DNA from: the human T2T-CHM13v2.0 reference genome, Homo sapiens
Assembly (NCBI RefSeq): GCF_009914755.1
Contig: NC_060943.1
Direction: 5' to 3' (one strand)
DNA length: 64,000 nt
Shown here: one piece after another, positions 34,461 to 56,426 of the stretch
Layout of the letters: the number at the start of each line of letters is the position of its first letter
Numbering within the stretch: the first letter of the stretch is position 1
Position numbers and translations under genes: made by a program
Notes under the pieces: generated by a model
What the model saw: the letters and a program-made list of their open reading frames with translations, nothing else
Database searches by the model: none
What the model was told of the DNA's origin: nothing

Positions 34461-34900
34461 GTGCGAGCCCTGGCTTCCATGGGTGGATGTATGGGTGTCG
34501 GGGTCCAGGTGCATGGAGGGGAAACCATTGATGAGTTACAGGTCAAAGATATAAAAAGGGGCTGGGCGTTGTGGCCCGCACCTGTAATACCAGCACTTTG
34601 GGAGGCTGAGGTGGGAGGATTGCTGGAGCCCAGGAGTGCCAAGACCAGCCTGGGAAGCACAGCAAGACCCCGTCTCTATTTGGAAAAAAAAAAAAAAAAA
34701 AAGGCCGGGTGCAGTGGCTCATGCCTGTAATCCCAGCACTTTGGGAGGCTGAGGCGGGCGGATCACTTGAGGTCGGGAGTTTGAGGCCAGCCTGGCCAAC
34801 ATGGCGAAACCCCGTCTCTATTAAAAATACAAAAATTGGCTGGGTGCGGTGGCTCATGCCTGTAATCCCAGCACTTTGGGAGGCCGAGGTGAGCAGATCA

Positions 34901-35289
<389 letters not shown>

Positions 35290-35476
35290 CTACTCAGGAG
35301 GCTGAGGCAGGAAGAGGGCTTGAGTCCAGGAGGTCAAGGCTGCAGTGCATTTTGATTATGCCTCACACTGAACATTTGCTGTGTATTTGCTATGTACCAA
35401 GCACTGTCTTAAGCACTTAATGTAGATTAATTCCTACATATAATATGCCCAGCAGCCTCTGAGGTAAATGATCCTA

Positions 35477-35833
35477 CAGTCGACCCCTTATCCTCAGGTG
35501 ATCTCCTCCAAACCCCCAGTGGATGCCGGAAACTGTGGATAGTACTGAACTATAGACTGTGTTTTCTCGATCTGATAACCAAGATGGCTCCTAGGTGACT
35601 AGTGGGTGGGTTGCGGATACAGCATAGACTTGCTGAACAAAGGGATGATTCGCATCCCAGGTGGGACGAAGCGGGATGGCACGAGATTTCATCACAGTAG
35701 TTAAACCAATGTGCAACTTAAAACTTACACATTGTTTGTTTCTGGAATTTTCCACTTAATATTTTTGGATCGCACTTGACTGAGAGTAACTAAAACCAAA
35801 GAAAATGAAACCACGGACTGGGGAGACTAACTG
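35477..35833 (-). mobile_element. MER44A (Tigger-derived MITE)
   Basis: TA|CAGTC…CCCCTTATCC … ACTG|TA termini with TA TSD. Confidence 0.75.
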
Positions 35834-36047
35834 TATTACTCTCACTTTGTATATGAGGACGCAGAACCACAGAGAGGTTAAGACACCTGCCTAAGGCTGC
35901 ACAGACAGGAGGTGGCACAGCCAGGATATGAATCAGGCAGCCAGGCTCCAGGGTTCATGCTGTCAATCACCCTGCTCTGCTGCCTGTCAGGAAGGGACCT
36001 TGGCCAGTGCCTGCTCCTCCCTTAACCTCCCGTCTCTACCCCGGCAG

Positions 36048-36251
36048 GTGGTAGGCAGCTCCCTCCTCTTCGTGCACGACCACACCGGCCTGGCCAAGGT
36101 CTGGATGATAGACTTCGGCAAGACGGTGGCCTTGCCCGACCACCAGACGCTCAGCCACAGGCTGCCCTGGGCTGAGGGCAACCGTGAGGACGGCTACCTC
36201 TGGGGCCTGGACAACATGATCTGCCTCCTGCAGGGGCTGGCACAGAGCTGA
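36048..36251 (+). CDS. ITPKC: ITPKC exon 7 CDS (SSLL, IDFG motifs) to stop; total 683 aa inositol-trisphosphate 3-kinase C
   Basis: 204 nt; summed CDS 2052 nt. Confidence 0.97.
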   Translation: MVGSSLLFVHDHTGLAKVWMIDFGKTVALPDHQTLSHRLPWAEGNREDGYLWGLDNMICLLQGLAQS

Positions 36252-37527
36252 GCTGCTCAGCCACCATCAGGTTAATTGGATGGCGCCAGTCTGGCTGGAG
36301 GAGCCCTGAGATGCCATGGGAGGCCTGAGGTTGGCCACGGGGGAGCTGGCCTCCAGGGACGGGAGAGATTGTGTCATGTGCCACACGAGACCAACGTGGA
36401 AAAGTCTGAAGGGCCTTGGGAGACCAGGTAGCACCTGGCCCCATCATGATGCAGGGGTTTTGGGGACCTGGAAGGAAGGTGATGAGGCAGTGAGTCAGAA
36501 AAACCAGAACGGGGTCCCCGGATCTGCCGGGAAGGCTTCTGAGGGGCTGCCCTGAGAGCATTCAGTTCACATGTCACAGGGTATGGTGTGACAGGGTGCC
36601 TGTGGACACATGAATCACTTCTAACCTGCCTCCCTGTCAGCCTCCAGGCTGCCAGCTGGCTGAGGCCAGGGACTGGGTCAGGCTCATCTGTGGCGCCTCA
36701 GAGGGTCAGCATCATTGGTGAACAGATGCAGGCGCTGCTGGACCATCTGGGGAGAGTGACAGTCCATGTCTTCACCAGGGAGCCATTTGAGTGCTGAGCG
36801 ACAAGAGGCTCAGAGGGCATGACCCCATGGGACTGGATGCGGCCTGAGGGCTGATACCGCTGGGCGGTATCCTGCCCTGCTGTGGCCCTGTGGGATCCTC
36901 CGTGTTCCTCGGCGGACTCTGCTGACCTCCTGCAGACCCAAACCACAGCCACATCCCAGCTTCTGTGCCAGCACTGTGACAGTACCTCGCTCCTCTGTGC
37001 ACCAGATCCGGCCTCAGGACTTACACCTCCTGCCTGACCCCCAGGCTTCTCTCTCCTTTCTCCCAGCAAACTGCAGTGGCAGAAAGGAGGTTCAGAGGCT
37101 GGGAAAGTGGGCCTCCCCTTGCAACTCAGAGCTGCTGCACTCAGGAGGGCCCCATCCAATCCCGGGCCCCTGCAGGGAAAAGCGCTGGGTGTGTGTCAGA
37201 GGCGCAGGGTGGGTGGGGCTGCCAGCCAGGACCCTGGCCTGCAGCCTGATCCAAACCAAAGACTGTAGAACCCTGGGGTGTGGCTAACGGCCCCTCCAGC
37301 ACCCATAGCCAGGTCTTCCTGGCCCTTGAGGCTGGGCTGGCGGACAGGCACCTACCTCTTCCTTAAGCTGAAGCTCCCACACTGTCTTCCAGGGCTGAGG
37401 AGATGCTCTCCTTTTCTACTGACCATCTTGATACTTATTTATACGAGAGGCAGTTGCTGGACGGGGTAGTACTGGGAAGCAGGAGGCAGAATGGCTCTGC
37501 TGAGCCTCCTACCCATGACAACACCCC

Positions 37528-37533
37528 AATAAA
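37528..37533 (+). terminator. ITPKC: ITPKC poly(A) signal AATAAA
   Basis: AATAAA about 1.28 kb after the stop, followed by U/GU-rich sequence. Confidence 0.85.
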
Positions 37534-37564
37534 CAGAACATTCAGAGCCAATGTCGTAGAGCTT

Positions 37565-37570
37565 TTTATT
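37565..37570 (-). terminator. ACTMAP: ACTMAP poly(A) signal AATAAA (minus strand)
   Basis: TTTATT on plus strand; GU/U-rich downstream on minus strand. Confidence 0.8.
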
Positions 37571-37849
37571 TTGCATCTGGAGTGTATTTGGACACGTGGG
37601 CTGGGTGGGGTAACAGGATAATGAGCAGTTTGGGAAAGAGGCAGGCTCCAAGCAGGCTGGTTCACTCACTTGGCAGTCACTGGGCGGCTATTCTTGTGCC
37701 TGGATGTGTTACAATGCAGGGGACACAGTGGTGAGCAAGGCTGCTCCAAGCCCTGGCTGGGATGGGGGATGCACAGACAGGCTGATCAGGGCTGGGATGG
37801 TGGACACGCATCCTCTTTACCCTGATCACTGGTTAGAAATACTGCACTG

Positions 37850-38186
<337 letters not shown>

Positions 38187-39123
38187 TTAGGGACAGAGAA
38201 GTGATCCAGACAGGCCTGTTCCTCCTTCAGAGTGGAGGGGTCAGGTATTCATGAAGCTAGTAATCACACACACTCACTAGAAGTTTGTATAAGTGGACAG
38301 GAAAGTTTGTGGTCAGCACCATAATGTTCAGGGAGCCAGGAGACAGCCTGGCTGAGATACTGACTACCTAGCTTGAATCCTGACCTTGCCATGTGCTAGT
38401 CATGTGACCTCAGGCCAGTGATTCCACTTCTCCAGGCCTCAGTCTTGCCATCTGTCAAATCGGGTCCATCTAGCACCCCCCTTACAGGGTTGCCAGATCT
38501 GCTAACACAGGTAGAGGGGCTGGCACAGGTAACTGCTCCCAGATGGGCTTTAAAACTGTGAAGACATGAGGTGGGGGAGGGGTGTCTTGACTGGGGCTGC
38601 AGGACTCTTCCCTGAGGTAGTGATACCTGAGCCCCAATGGAAAAGTTAAGGAGTGATCCGCAGCAGAGGGCTGGGGGTGGGACTCAATGATCCGGGGATT
38701 TGAACAACACTTCAGGGATCTAAAAGGCCAGTATGACTAGTAGGTGGCAAGCATGAGGAAGACCTTGGGCTAAGGAGGGGTGAGCTGAGGCTGACGCAGT
38801 TCAGTGTCCCTGTCCTGTGAGAAGCAGAGGGCCCAGGCAGGAGGTTCCTCAAATGTCTAGTGAGATGACAGAGGCGGCCCCTAGTGAGAAACAGACGATG
38901 CGACATTCAGATGGAATAGGCAGGCCGCAGGGTCCGGGCTGTTGTCAATCTCTCCCTAGAGGGACCAGCTGGTGCTCAATACTGCAGGGGGTGGCCCTGA
39001 TGAAGGAGGACTGGAGACCCCTGAGACCTAGCTTCAATCTTGTCGCCATCACACAGTGGGAGAAGTGTAGGCACACTTCAAATGGTTACCGAGCTAGGCT
39101 GCAGCCTGAGACCGCAGCCGCAG

Positions 39124-39461
39124 CTAATGGCTGCAGTCCTGTGGTGTGAGGAGCAGGGCCTGGCCACAGAGGCCAGCCCGTACCCCACCCACGGGCACCA
39201 CGTACACCCGGCCGTCAGTGGCCCGTGAGGGCGAGAAGTCCGTCAGCTGCAGGTTGCTCTCCCGGACCTGGTCGTAGTCCCACAGCTGATAGTGCCAACT
39301 CTTGCCCTGCTTGGACAGCAGGTAGACAGCTCCCGGGGAGCCCTCCTCTGGCAGGGATGGTGGTTGGCAGGGCGTGCCCAGCACTGGGTGGAACAGGCCC
39401 GGCAGCTCAGGGTCCTCAGTGTAGCCGAGACTGGGCACAGCCCGAACACCCAGCAGGACCC
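39124..39461 (-). CDS. ACTMAP: ACTMAP last coding exon GVLLGVRAV...PQDCSH*
   Basis: 338 nt; summed CDS 1056 nt = 351 aa. Confidence 0.94.
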
Positions 39462-39801
39462 CTGGGGGAGAGGAGAAGGTGGTGAGTGGCAGTGACTGAG
39501 CCAGGACCAGGTGCTGGGGCTCACTAAGTTCCGCCCTCTCCCGGCCCTCCAGGGTGGGTGCAGCTGCCATTCCTAGGTTACGGTGACGTTAGTGGTGGCC
39601 AGTGGGTTGGGATTTGGACCCACCGTGGCACCCGGCTCCAAAGCTGTAGGTGTTTTAAGTCTTGCCTCATCTGGCCTGAGCACAGGGGAGGTGGGGAGGC
39701 AGCATGAGATGAAGCAAATGCCGTCACCCGGTCATCCTCAGCTCTTTAGGGAAGAGGCTCCAAGAGGAGCTGTCAAGACCACAAAGCCATGAAGAAGCTG
39801 A

Positions 39802-40428
<627 letters not shown>

Positions 40429-40595
40429 TAGAAGCTCCAACTGGCAGACACCTGGGGCCCAGCCTGCCCGGTGCTAATGCTAAGTGCCCAGCCTGGCTGG
40501 GGAGGCACCAGCACAAGGGGTGAGAATGTCAGGAGGATTAATGGAGGCCGGGGAGACCCAGGTTGAGGGGTGCAGACAAAGGAGGGGGAACCCAC

Positions 40596-40666
40596 CTGCA
40601 CTCACCGCCCAGTGTGCCTTGTGGCCCTTCCTCTGACACGGCTCATGGTTGAAGTCCTCGTCGTAG
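40596..40666 (-). CDS. ACTMAP: ACTMAP exon YDEDFNHEPCQRKGHKAHWAVSA
   Basis: 71 nt; PYD...HW peptidase-C39-like motif. Confidence 0.93.
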
Positions 40667-40757
40667 CTGGTGCTGGCATTAAGGTAAAAACGATGGTGTG
40701 GCCCTGGGACCCACCCTTTGCCACCCCTGCCCTCCTCTCTCCCAGGCCCTGGGATAC
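40667..40757 (-). other. ACTMAP: U12-type (minor spliceosome) GT-AG intron of ACTMAP
   Basis: 5'ss GTATCC, branch TTTACCTTAAT close to the AG, no polypyrimidine tract. Confidence 0.85.
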
Positions 40758-40887
40758 GGGATGAGCAGGGGATGTCCAGTGACCAGGTGCTGCAGGACGA
40801 GGTCTCTGTTGGGACCGCCCAGGCCACCAGAGAGCAGCTTGGCCTGGCAGCCCAGCACCTCCTGGGCCAGCCTGCCCATATCGGCCA
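40758..40887 (-). CDS. ACTMAP: ACTMAP exon VADMGRLAQEVLG...HPLLIP
   Basis: 130 nt; ctgcag| and |gtatcc. Confidence 0.93.
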
Positions 40888-41249
40888 CTGCAGGGTGAGA
40901 GCACACAGAGGGGGCTTGCTGCATGTGCCCAGCACCGTGCTGAGGGCTCACAGTGGGCGATGCTTCCAACCCTCACCATGACCTTCCACCCCTTGGTACA
41001 AATGCAGAAAATGAGGCACAAAGAGCGTGAGTGGCTTGTCCATGGCCCCAGCGAAGAGGTGGCAGAGCTGGGTTTGCAACCTAGGCAGCCAGCTCAAGTC
41101 CATCTTGTAACCTCTCTGCTCTACTGGGCAGTGGGAAGGGCCCAAAGAATGGAATGAGACACCCTGACACACGGCTGCCAGCATCCCACCCAGCCTCTCT
41201 GGTCCCAGCCTCATGAAGAGATGATGGAGCATGCAGTCACCCAGCTCAC

Positions 41250-41374
41250 CTGAGAACATCTCTCCCTGGGCCGTGTAGCCTCTTTCCGTGGCCACCCGTA
41301 TGAGTCTCTCCAGGGGGACGCCACTGGGGGGCGACAGGAGAGTACCTGCCATCCACAAGGCCACCAGCCCGCAT
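41250..41374 (-). CDS. ACTMAP: ACTMAP exon CGLVALWMAG...GEMFS (catalytic Cys132)
   Basis: 125 nt; QCG motif of papain-like proteases. Confidence 0.94.
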
Positions 41375-41820
41375 CTGGGGACAGAGAGGCCCAGCCTGTC
41401 AATCCTATGTCACAGCCCCCTTACCTGGAAGCTGGAGTTGGGGAACAGGTTTGCTGCCCTGGAGGAGTCCCCCTCCCCTCTCCCAGGCCAGCGAGGGAGA
41501 CCTGACTCCCCTTCAGGGTAGAGCCCAGGGCTGGAGGGCTGGGGGTGGAAGGCGGGGGAGAGGTCACCTGAGCTTCCTGGGAGGAGGAACCAAGGTGGAG
41601 TTAGAGAGATGGACCAGGCTCATTCGTTCATTCCTCGCATGTCCCAACTATGTTTACTATGCAGGCACTCAGAAGCCTGAGTGGAAAGTTCCCCCTTTCC
41701 TTCCCTCCTCCTCCCAGCAGGGACAATCCACTCCTCTTCTCCAGATCAGTCCTTAAGAAGCCCAGCAAGGGCAGAGTAAAGGCAGCAGATGGGCTGGGGT
41801 TCCCGCATCAGGGCACATAC

Positions 41821-41889
41821 TGAGGGCCTTCTTGGATGAGGGACGGCAGGTCTGCACAGAAGAGGATCCACCGCAGGTCACCTCGGAAC
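41821..41889 (-). CDS. ACTMAP: ACTMAP exon FRGDLRWILFCADLPSLIQEGPQ
   Basis: 69 nt; cttcag| and |gtatgt. Confidence 0.93.
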
Positions 41890-42209
41890 CTGAAGCAGAG
41901 CCGTGCTCAGTCACCAGGGAGCCAGCTCTGAAGCACCCCCTACCCTGAGGTCTGGCTGGGAGTGGTCGTATCCAGGGATGATGAAGGGAATATGGGCCTG
42001 GCTGTCCTAAGGCTGAAGGCGGCTCCTGGTTCAGTCACTGACTTCCCCTCCCCAAGCTTCAGTTTCCTCATCTGGTTTGTGGGAATGGTCCTTCTGCCTG
42101 CCTGCTCCCTGCTCGCTCTCTCAGTTATTGAAGGGTGAGGAGCAAAGGGTGGCACTTTGCAACCAGGTTTATCTGAGGAAATTTCTCAAAGTGGTATCTC
42201 TATCTCCAA

Positions 42210-46045
<3,836 letters not shown>

Positions 46046-46171
46046 TAGGTGGGGGACCTAAGTAGTCAGCCTGTTTGATCTTGAGGACACGGGAACCCCC
46101 CCCCCACCCCAAGAGATCTGTGAAGTGTCTAGGGCAGAGCCTGGGTGGTGGGTGGGGCATGGAGACCCTAC

Positions 46172-46494
46172 CGGTCCTTGTGTAGTTTCAGAAGCCTCTT
46201 CACATCTTCTCTGCCCTTGGGGACCGGGCCGGCCTTATCAAAGGCCTCCTTCAGGAGCTGGCTCTTCTCCAGGCCGAAGACATGACGGGGAGCAGGCCCT
46301 GTGGCAGCGGGTGGAGGAGGCAGTGGGAGCGGTGGGGGAACAGGGGTCTGCTGACTCCAGGGAGGGGATGGTAAAGCTGAAAAGTCCAGGGGACTTGGGG
46401 GTAGAGGAGGAGATGGAATGCTGCTGGCTTGGGGTACAGGGGTTTTTGGAGGAGAAATTGGTGGTTTTAGGGGAGGAGAGCATGGAGAAGTCAT
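46172..46494 (-). CDS. ACTMAP: ACTMAP (C19orf54, actin maturation protease) first coding exon, proline-rich N-terminus
   Basis: MTSPCSPPLKPP...LHKDR; acceptor ctgtag| at 46503, donor |gtaggg. Confidence 0.94.
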
Positions 46495-47099
46495 TTTGGG
46501 GTCTACAGGAGGTGTTGAGAGGTTCAGAAAGCGGGGAGGGAAGGATCCTCCAACGGAGAACGGTCTCAGGGATGGAGATTTTAAAGGTTTAAGAGCTGAG
46601 TTCCAGAATCTGGGGACTGAGCAGTGGGTGTGAAAGGACCAGGGCTAATATTTGAAACCACGGGAGCAGGAATTGCGAGGCTGACTCAAGTCATAAGGCA
46701 CCTGACGGTTAACAGGGTGGGGTCCTTAAATCCGGAACCGGATCTGTGGTACCGGTTGGGTTACCTCGGGAGTCTTAGGTGGAGAGTTAGTAGGAGTTAA
46801 CTCATTCTTTGGGGCTGGATGTGGAAACTCATGAGTGAGTTTGGGATATGAAGGCTCAGATCTAGAGTGAGGTGCCTTAAGGATGCGACTTAGGGACCCA
46901 GGGCTAAAGATTCGGAGAACTTAGGTTCAGTACCCCCTCACATCCCAGGCCCGAGTTCGGAACCTTTGAGCTGACCTTTGAGTCAGAGGTCAAGAGGTCA
47001 AAAAGGACACCTGGCAGGGAAAATGGCCTAGTTGTGGAGAAGGTCCTGGAACCAGAGCAACAAAAAACGTCTGTGGGTTGGAGAAGACTCAGAGATCAG

Positions 47100-48260
<1,161 letters not shown>

Positions 48261-48733
48261 TTTGTCCAGCCAAACTTCGAGTTAACTCCTTGGCCTTTAC
48301 ACAAACTACTTCCTGTCTTCAACACTCCATTAGTTCATCTTACACTCTGCCCTTTAACGTGGTCACTGCTGCTCATCTTACAAGGTTTGAGGTCACAGGA
48401 CCCTTCCTCCAGGAAGCCTTGCCTTGTCCCTTCACGTGGCTGCCGCTGACTTGCCGTACGCTGAGACCATCTCCCATCAAGCCCTGATTCCTCTGAGCTG
48501 TCGTGGGGCTCTCTCTCCTCCCAGTGGCCTTTGAACTCCGTGAGGGCAAGGACTGGGGCTTTCTTGGTCACCGGCTTTTTCAGTGATCAGCCCACAATGA
48601 ACATGTACCATAATGGTGGCTAACGCTCTGTATCATGGGCTGGTCTGTGTGCTTTCATATAAATCTTGATAACATTTAATTCTCACAACAATCTTGTAGG
48701 AAGAAGGCTATTGTTATTCCCATTCGTCAACTA

Positions 48734-49240
<507 letters not shown>

Positions 49241-49243
49241 CTA

Positions 49244-49432
<189 letters not shown>

Positions 49433-50029
49433 CTATCTGAAAAAAGGAAAAAAAAAAAGAACTCAATTATTGAAATCGGAAAGACTCTCTCACATTCTCA
49501 AGTAAATTATCACCTTTATTGAACCTCATTTTCCAGATCTAAAAACTGAGCAAAATCATAATACCTTTTTTGCATGGATGTTGGGGGAGATTAAATTAGC
49601 TAAACCTTGCAGTATTTCTTTTTTATGGTAACTGGCAGCTAGTAAAGGGCTGGATAAATGTTAGCTCTTATCACTTCAAGAAAATTATCGGGAGAACCGA
49701 AGGAGCTTGTTGGGATTCAGTTTGAGGTTACCAGTGAAGTTGCTGTTGAAGAAAGCAAAACCAGCAGCCGGGCACTGGCTCACGCCTGTAATCTCAGCAC
49801 TTTGGGAGGCTGAGGTGGGCAGATCATTTGAGGTCAGGAGTTCAAGACCAGTCTGGCCAAGATGGTGAAACCCCGTCTCTACTGAAAATACAAAAATCAG
49901 CTGGATGTGGCGGTGCGCACCTACAGTCCCAGCTACTCGGGAGGCTGAGCAGGAGAATCACTTGAACCCTGGGAAGCAGAGGTCGCAGTGAGCTGAGACC
50001 GCACCACTGTACTCCAGCCTGGGTGATAG

Positions 50030-50687
<658 letters not shown>

Positions 50688-51773
50688 TAACCATGTTAGC
50701 CAGGATGGTGTTGATTTCCTGACCTCGTGATCTGCCCACCTTGGCCTCCAAAAGTGCTGGGATTACAGGCGTCAGCCCCAGCGCCCGGCGTTTTTTTTTT
50801 TTTTTTGAGATGAGACGGAGTGTCGCTCTGTTGCCCAGGCTGGAATGCAGTGGTGCGATCTCAGCTCACTGCAACCTCCGCCTCCCGAATTCAAGTGATT
50901 CTCTGCCTCAGCCTCCTGAGTAGCTGGGATTCCAAGCACCTGCTACCACGCTTGGCTAATTTTTGTATTTTTAGTAGAGACGGGGTTTCACCATCTTGGC
51001 TATGCTGGTCTCGAACTCCTGAACTGTGATCCACCCGCCTCGGCCTCCCAAAGTGCTGGGATTACAGGTGTGAACCACCGCACCCGGCCAGAACCCTGGT
51101 TCTTTAGGACAGTGACAGCCCAGAGTAGTCAGGGCCATCAGGCAGGAAGCTTAGGCAGAGTGTTGAGGGCTGGGATTGGGAACTTAGAAAGACAGAGAGA
51201 TCCATTCAGCTTCCAGGAAAAGGAGACATTTTGGAGAGCCTGCCAGGTACAGTAAGCAGTATTTATGTTACACTGAGGGAGAAGAGCATTCTTAACTTGG
51301 TCCAGCTTGTTCAGATGTTTAGGGTCAAAAGAGCCTGGCGTATTCTGAGTATTACAAGTAGTTTTGAGGCTTGTAAATCATGGGGAAACTTCCAGTGAGC
51401 TGTGCACTGGTGGCTCATGGCTGTGAGGTGTTGGACTTTGCCCTGAGGGTGTTGGGGAGCCAGACTGCTTCCCTGTCCTGGCTGCCTCCCTGGTGGAATA
51501 TCCTCCCAGCTGTGGAGGGTAAATGCGAATGGGCGAGGGGAGGCTGGAGAGTAGAGAGAGGCCCAGAGTCCCGTGGAATGAGTGAAGTCTGAGCAAGATT
51601 CATGGGGATGGAGTACGGAGAGGAAAACCAGAAATGTCACCACCAGGAGAATTTTTGACTAATTGCTTAAAAACAACCTTGACTGCTGTCCCTGCCCCCA
51701 CCCAGCCTACACATTTTCTTGCTTCTTTCCTAGCCTGGTATCTATTTTACAAGTGGCTTCTGCTTCAGCTTAG

Positions 51774-51926
<153 letters not shown>

Positions 51927-52030
51927 TAGCTAATTTTTTTTCTTTTCTTTTTTTTTTTTTTTTTTTTTTTTGGCATTTTTAGTCAAGACGGGGTTTCACC
52001 GTCTTGGCCAGGCTGGTCTTGAACTCCTGA

Positions 52031-52192
<162 letters not shown>

Positions 52193-52201
52193 TAGCTATG
52201 A

Positions 52202-52483
<282 letters not shown>

Positions 52484-54021
52484 TGAGATGTGGTGGTACC
52501 GGGTTCAGATGGAATACGTGGACTGGGCTCTGCCATACGCTTCCTTATGCCCTCCAGATTGATGCCCTGGGCCAGTGAGGAATCCTCTGAGAACCTGTTT
52601 CCAGTAAAATTGGGACAGTCATAGTTGCCACCTAATGGGTTTGTTGTGAGGAAGTGAAGTTACCTCCATAAAGCATTTGATGGGGGTGCGATGACTCATG
52701 CCTGTAATCCCAGCACTTTGGGGAAGCCAAGGCAGGAGGATCACTGGAGCCCAGGAGTTCAAGACCAACCTGGCCAACATAGGAGACTGTGTCTACAAAA
52801 AATAAAAAATTAGCCGTGCGTCGTGCTGCGTGCCTATGGTCCCAGCTCCTTGGGAGGCTGTGGTGGGAAGATTGCTTGAGCCTGGGAGGTCAGGCCTGTA
52901 GTAAGCTACCATCATGCCACTGAACTCCACCCTGAGCAGTAGAAGGAGATTCTGTCTTTAAAAAAAAAAAAAGGCACTTGATGGTATCTAGTCAAATGTT
53001 TGCAGCCAGGTGTGGTGGCACACTCCTGTAATCCCAGCACTTTCGGAGGCCAAGGTGGGCTAATTGCTGAAGCTCAGGAGTTCAAGACCAGCCTGGGCAA
53101 CATAGCAAGACCCTGTCTCTGCACAAAATCCAGAAATTAGCTGGGCATGGTGGCATACACCTGTGGTCCCAGCTACTCCATAGGCTGAAGTGGGAGGACC
53201 GCTTGAGTCCGGGAGGTTGAGGCTACGGTGAGCCATGATCATGCCACTGCACTCCAGCCTGGGTGACAAAGTGAGACCTTGTCACCAAAAAAAAAAAAAA
53301 AAAATTGTGGTGGAGTCTGTGCTAGGCTTGGCATACTGCAGTAAACAAATGGGACAGGCTTATAGCTCCTCAGGCAAGATAGACAAGTTAACGTACCATG
53401 ACAGGAGGTGGGAAATAGTCATGAAAGAAAAGGAAGTAGAGTAAGAATGACATGGGAAGAAATTTAGACGTCGTGGTCAGAGGTGGCAACATTTCCTCTG
53501 AGACTGGGTGACTAGAAGGAGGCCACCATGTAAACCTCAGGGGAGGGATGTTCCAGGTAAAGAGAGCAGCCAGTTCAAAGGCCCTGGGGCAAAATTGGTG
53601 TGTCAGACCTGGGGGCCAGTGTGGTTGGGAACTCAGGAGGGCGGTGGAATGTGGGCAGGGATGAGGTGGGGGAAATCTGCCAGGGCCACGTCATGCAGGC
53701 CCATGTCAGGGTGCTGGTGGCAGTGAAAAGAATCACTCATTTATCGAGTGTTTACTACGTGCCGGATGCTGTCCTGAGCACTTTGCATGTATGTGCACAT
53801 GTTCATTATATAGCAGCTCTCTGTAAGCACATCTTACAGAAGAGTAGAAGAGTGTACTTGGCCACTTGAGTGGTTCCTGGCTGCTTCTGTGATTGTTAGG
53901 TCTTGAGAGATTATGGACCCGAGGCATTCTGGGTACCCCATCAATTGGCTGATGGTCTTCTATTTGGGCTGCGCTTCTTCTAAAAAGGGGAGCTCAAAGG
54001 TCTTTTTTTCCCCCACTGCAG

Positions 54022-54194
54022 AGCTAAAAAAGTCCCTGTACGCCATCTTCTCCCAGTTTGGCCAGATCCTGGATATCCTGGTATCACGGAGCCTGAAGAT
54101 GAGGGGCCAGGCCTTTGTCATCTTCAAGGAGGTCAGCAGCGCCACCAACGCCCTGCGCTCCATGCAGGGTTTCCCTTTCTATGACAAACCTATG
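54022..54194 (+). CDS. SNRPA: SNRPA exon 2 (RNP1 RGQAFVIF)
   Basis: 173 nt; RRM1. Confidence 0.98.
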
Positions 54195-54471
54195 GTGAGC
54201 ATTGCGGGTACGGAGGCTGTGTGGGTGTGTAAAATGTTATAGGAGACTGGGCGGGCCTGGATTAGAGGAGGGGATATTACGGTTCATTTGCCAAGGTGAG
54301 GCTGGACCAGGCTCCCACTGCACCTTGCCTCATTTAAAAATCTTTTCTTTGGCCGAGGGCGGTGGCTCACGTCTGTAATCCTGGCACTTTGGGAGGCCGA
54401 GGCAGGTGGATTACCTGAGCTCAGGAGTTTGCAGCCAGCCTGGGCAACACCGTGAAACCCTGTCTCTACTA

Positions 54472-54987
<516 letters not shown>

Positions 54988-55386
54988 TAAGCACCATGAA
55001 AGAGGGGTTTTTGTCTATTTTGTTCATTGCTTTATTCCCAGAGCCTTGAATGGCGCCTGGCATCTGGCAGGTTCTCCTTAAACAGCTAAGTGAGTGAGAT
55101 TGAACCTGGAAGACTGAAGTATTCTTGTGTGACAGGAAATCCCCCTGCACTGCACTCCTCTCCTAGCATTGTCTCCTCGGTCCTTTGGCCTGATGTTTAT
55201 TGCTGTTCCAGCTTCCCTTAAAAATACCAACAGCCTTTCTACTGAACACTTGCTTACTGTGTGTCAGGTACTGTTCCAAGCACTTTAACTCATTTAGTCC
55301 TCACAACAGTCCTTTGAAGTGGGAAGTATCATAATCCCCATTTTTCAGACAAGGAAGTTAAGGCCAAGATATTTCTGTGTTTCTCA

Positions 55387-55971
<585 letters not shown>

Positions 55972-56120
55972 TCAAGTGATCTGCTCGCTTTAGCCTCCCA
56001 AAGGGCTGGGATTACAGGCATGAGCCGCAGCACCTGGCCCCTGATAAAGGTCCAATTTTGAATCTTGGCAATTGGGCTCTGAATCCACGCTCTTAACCCG
56101 TTCTGCTCTCTGTTTGGTAG

Positions 56121-56426
<306 letters not shown>

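Noticed and set aside
34017-34730. 237-aa ORF
   Set aside because: ITPKC exon 6 read through flanking intron and Alu
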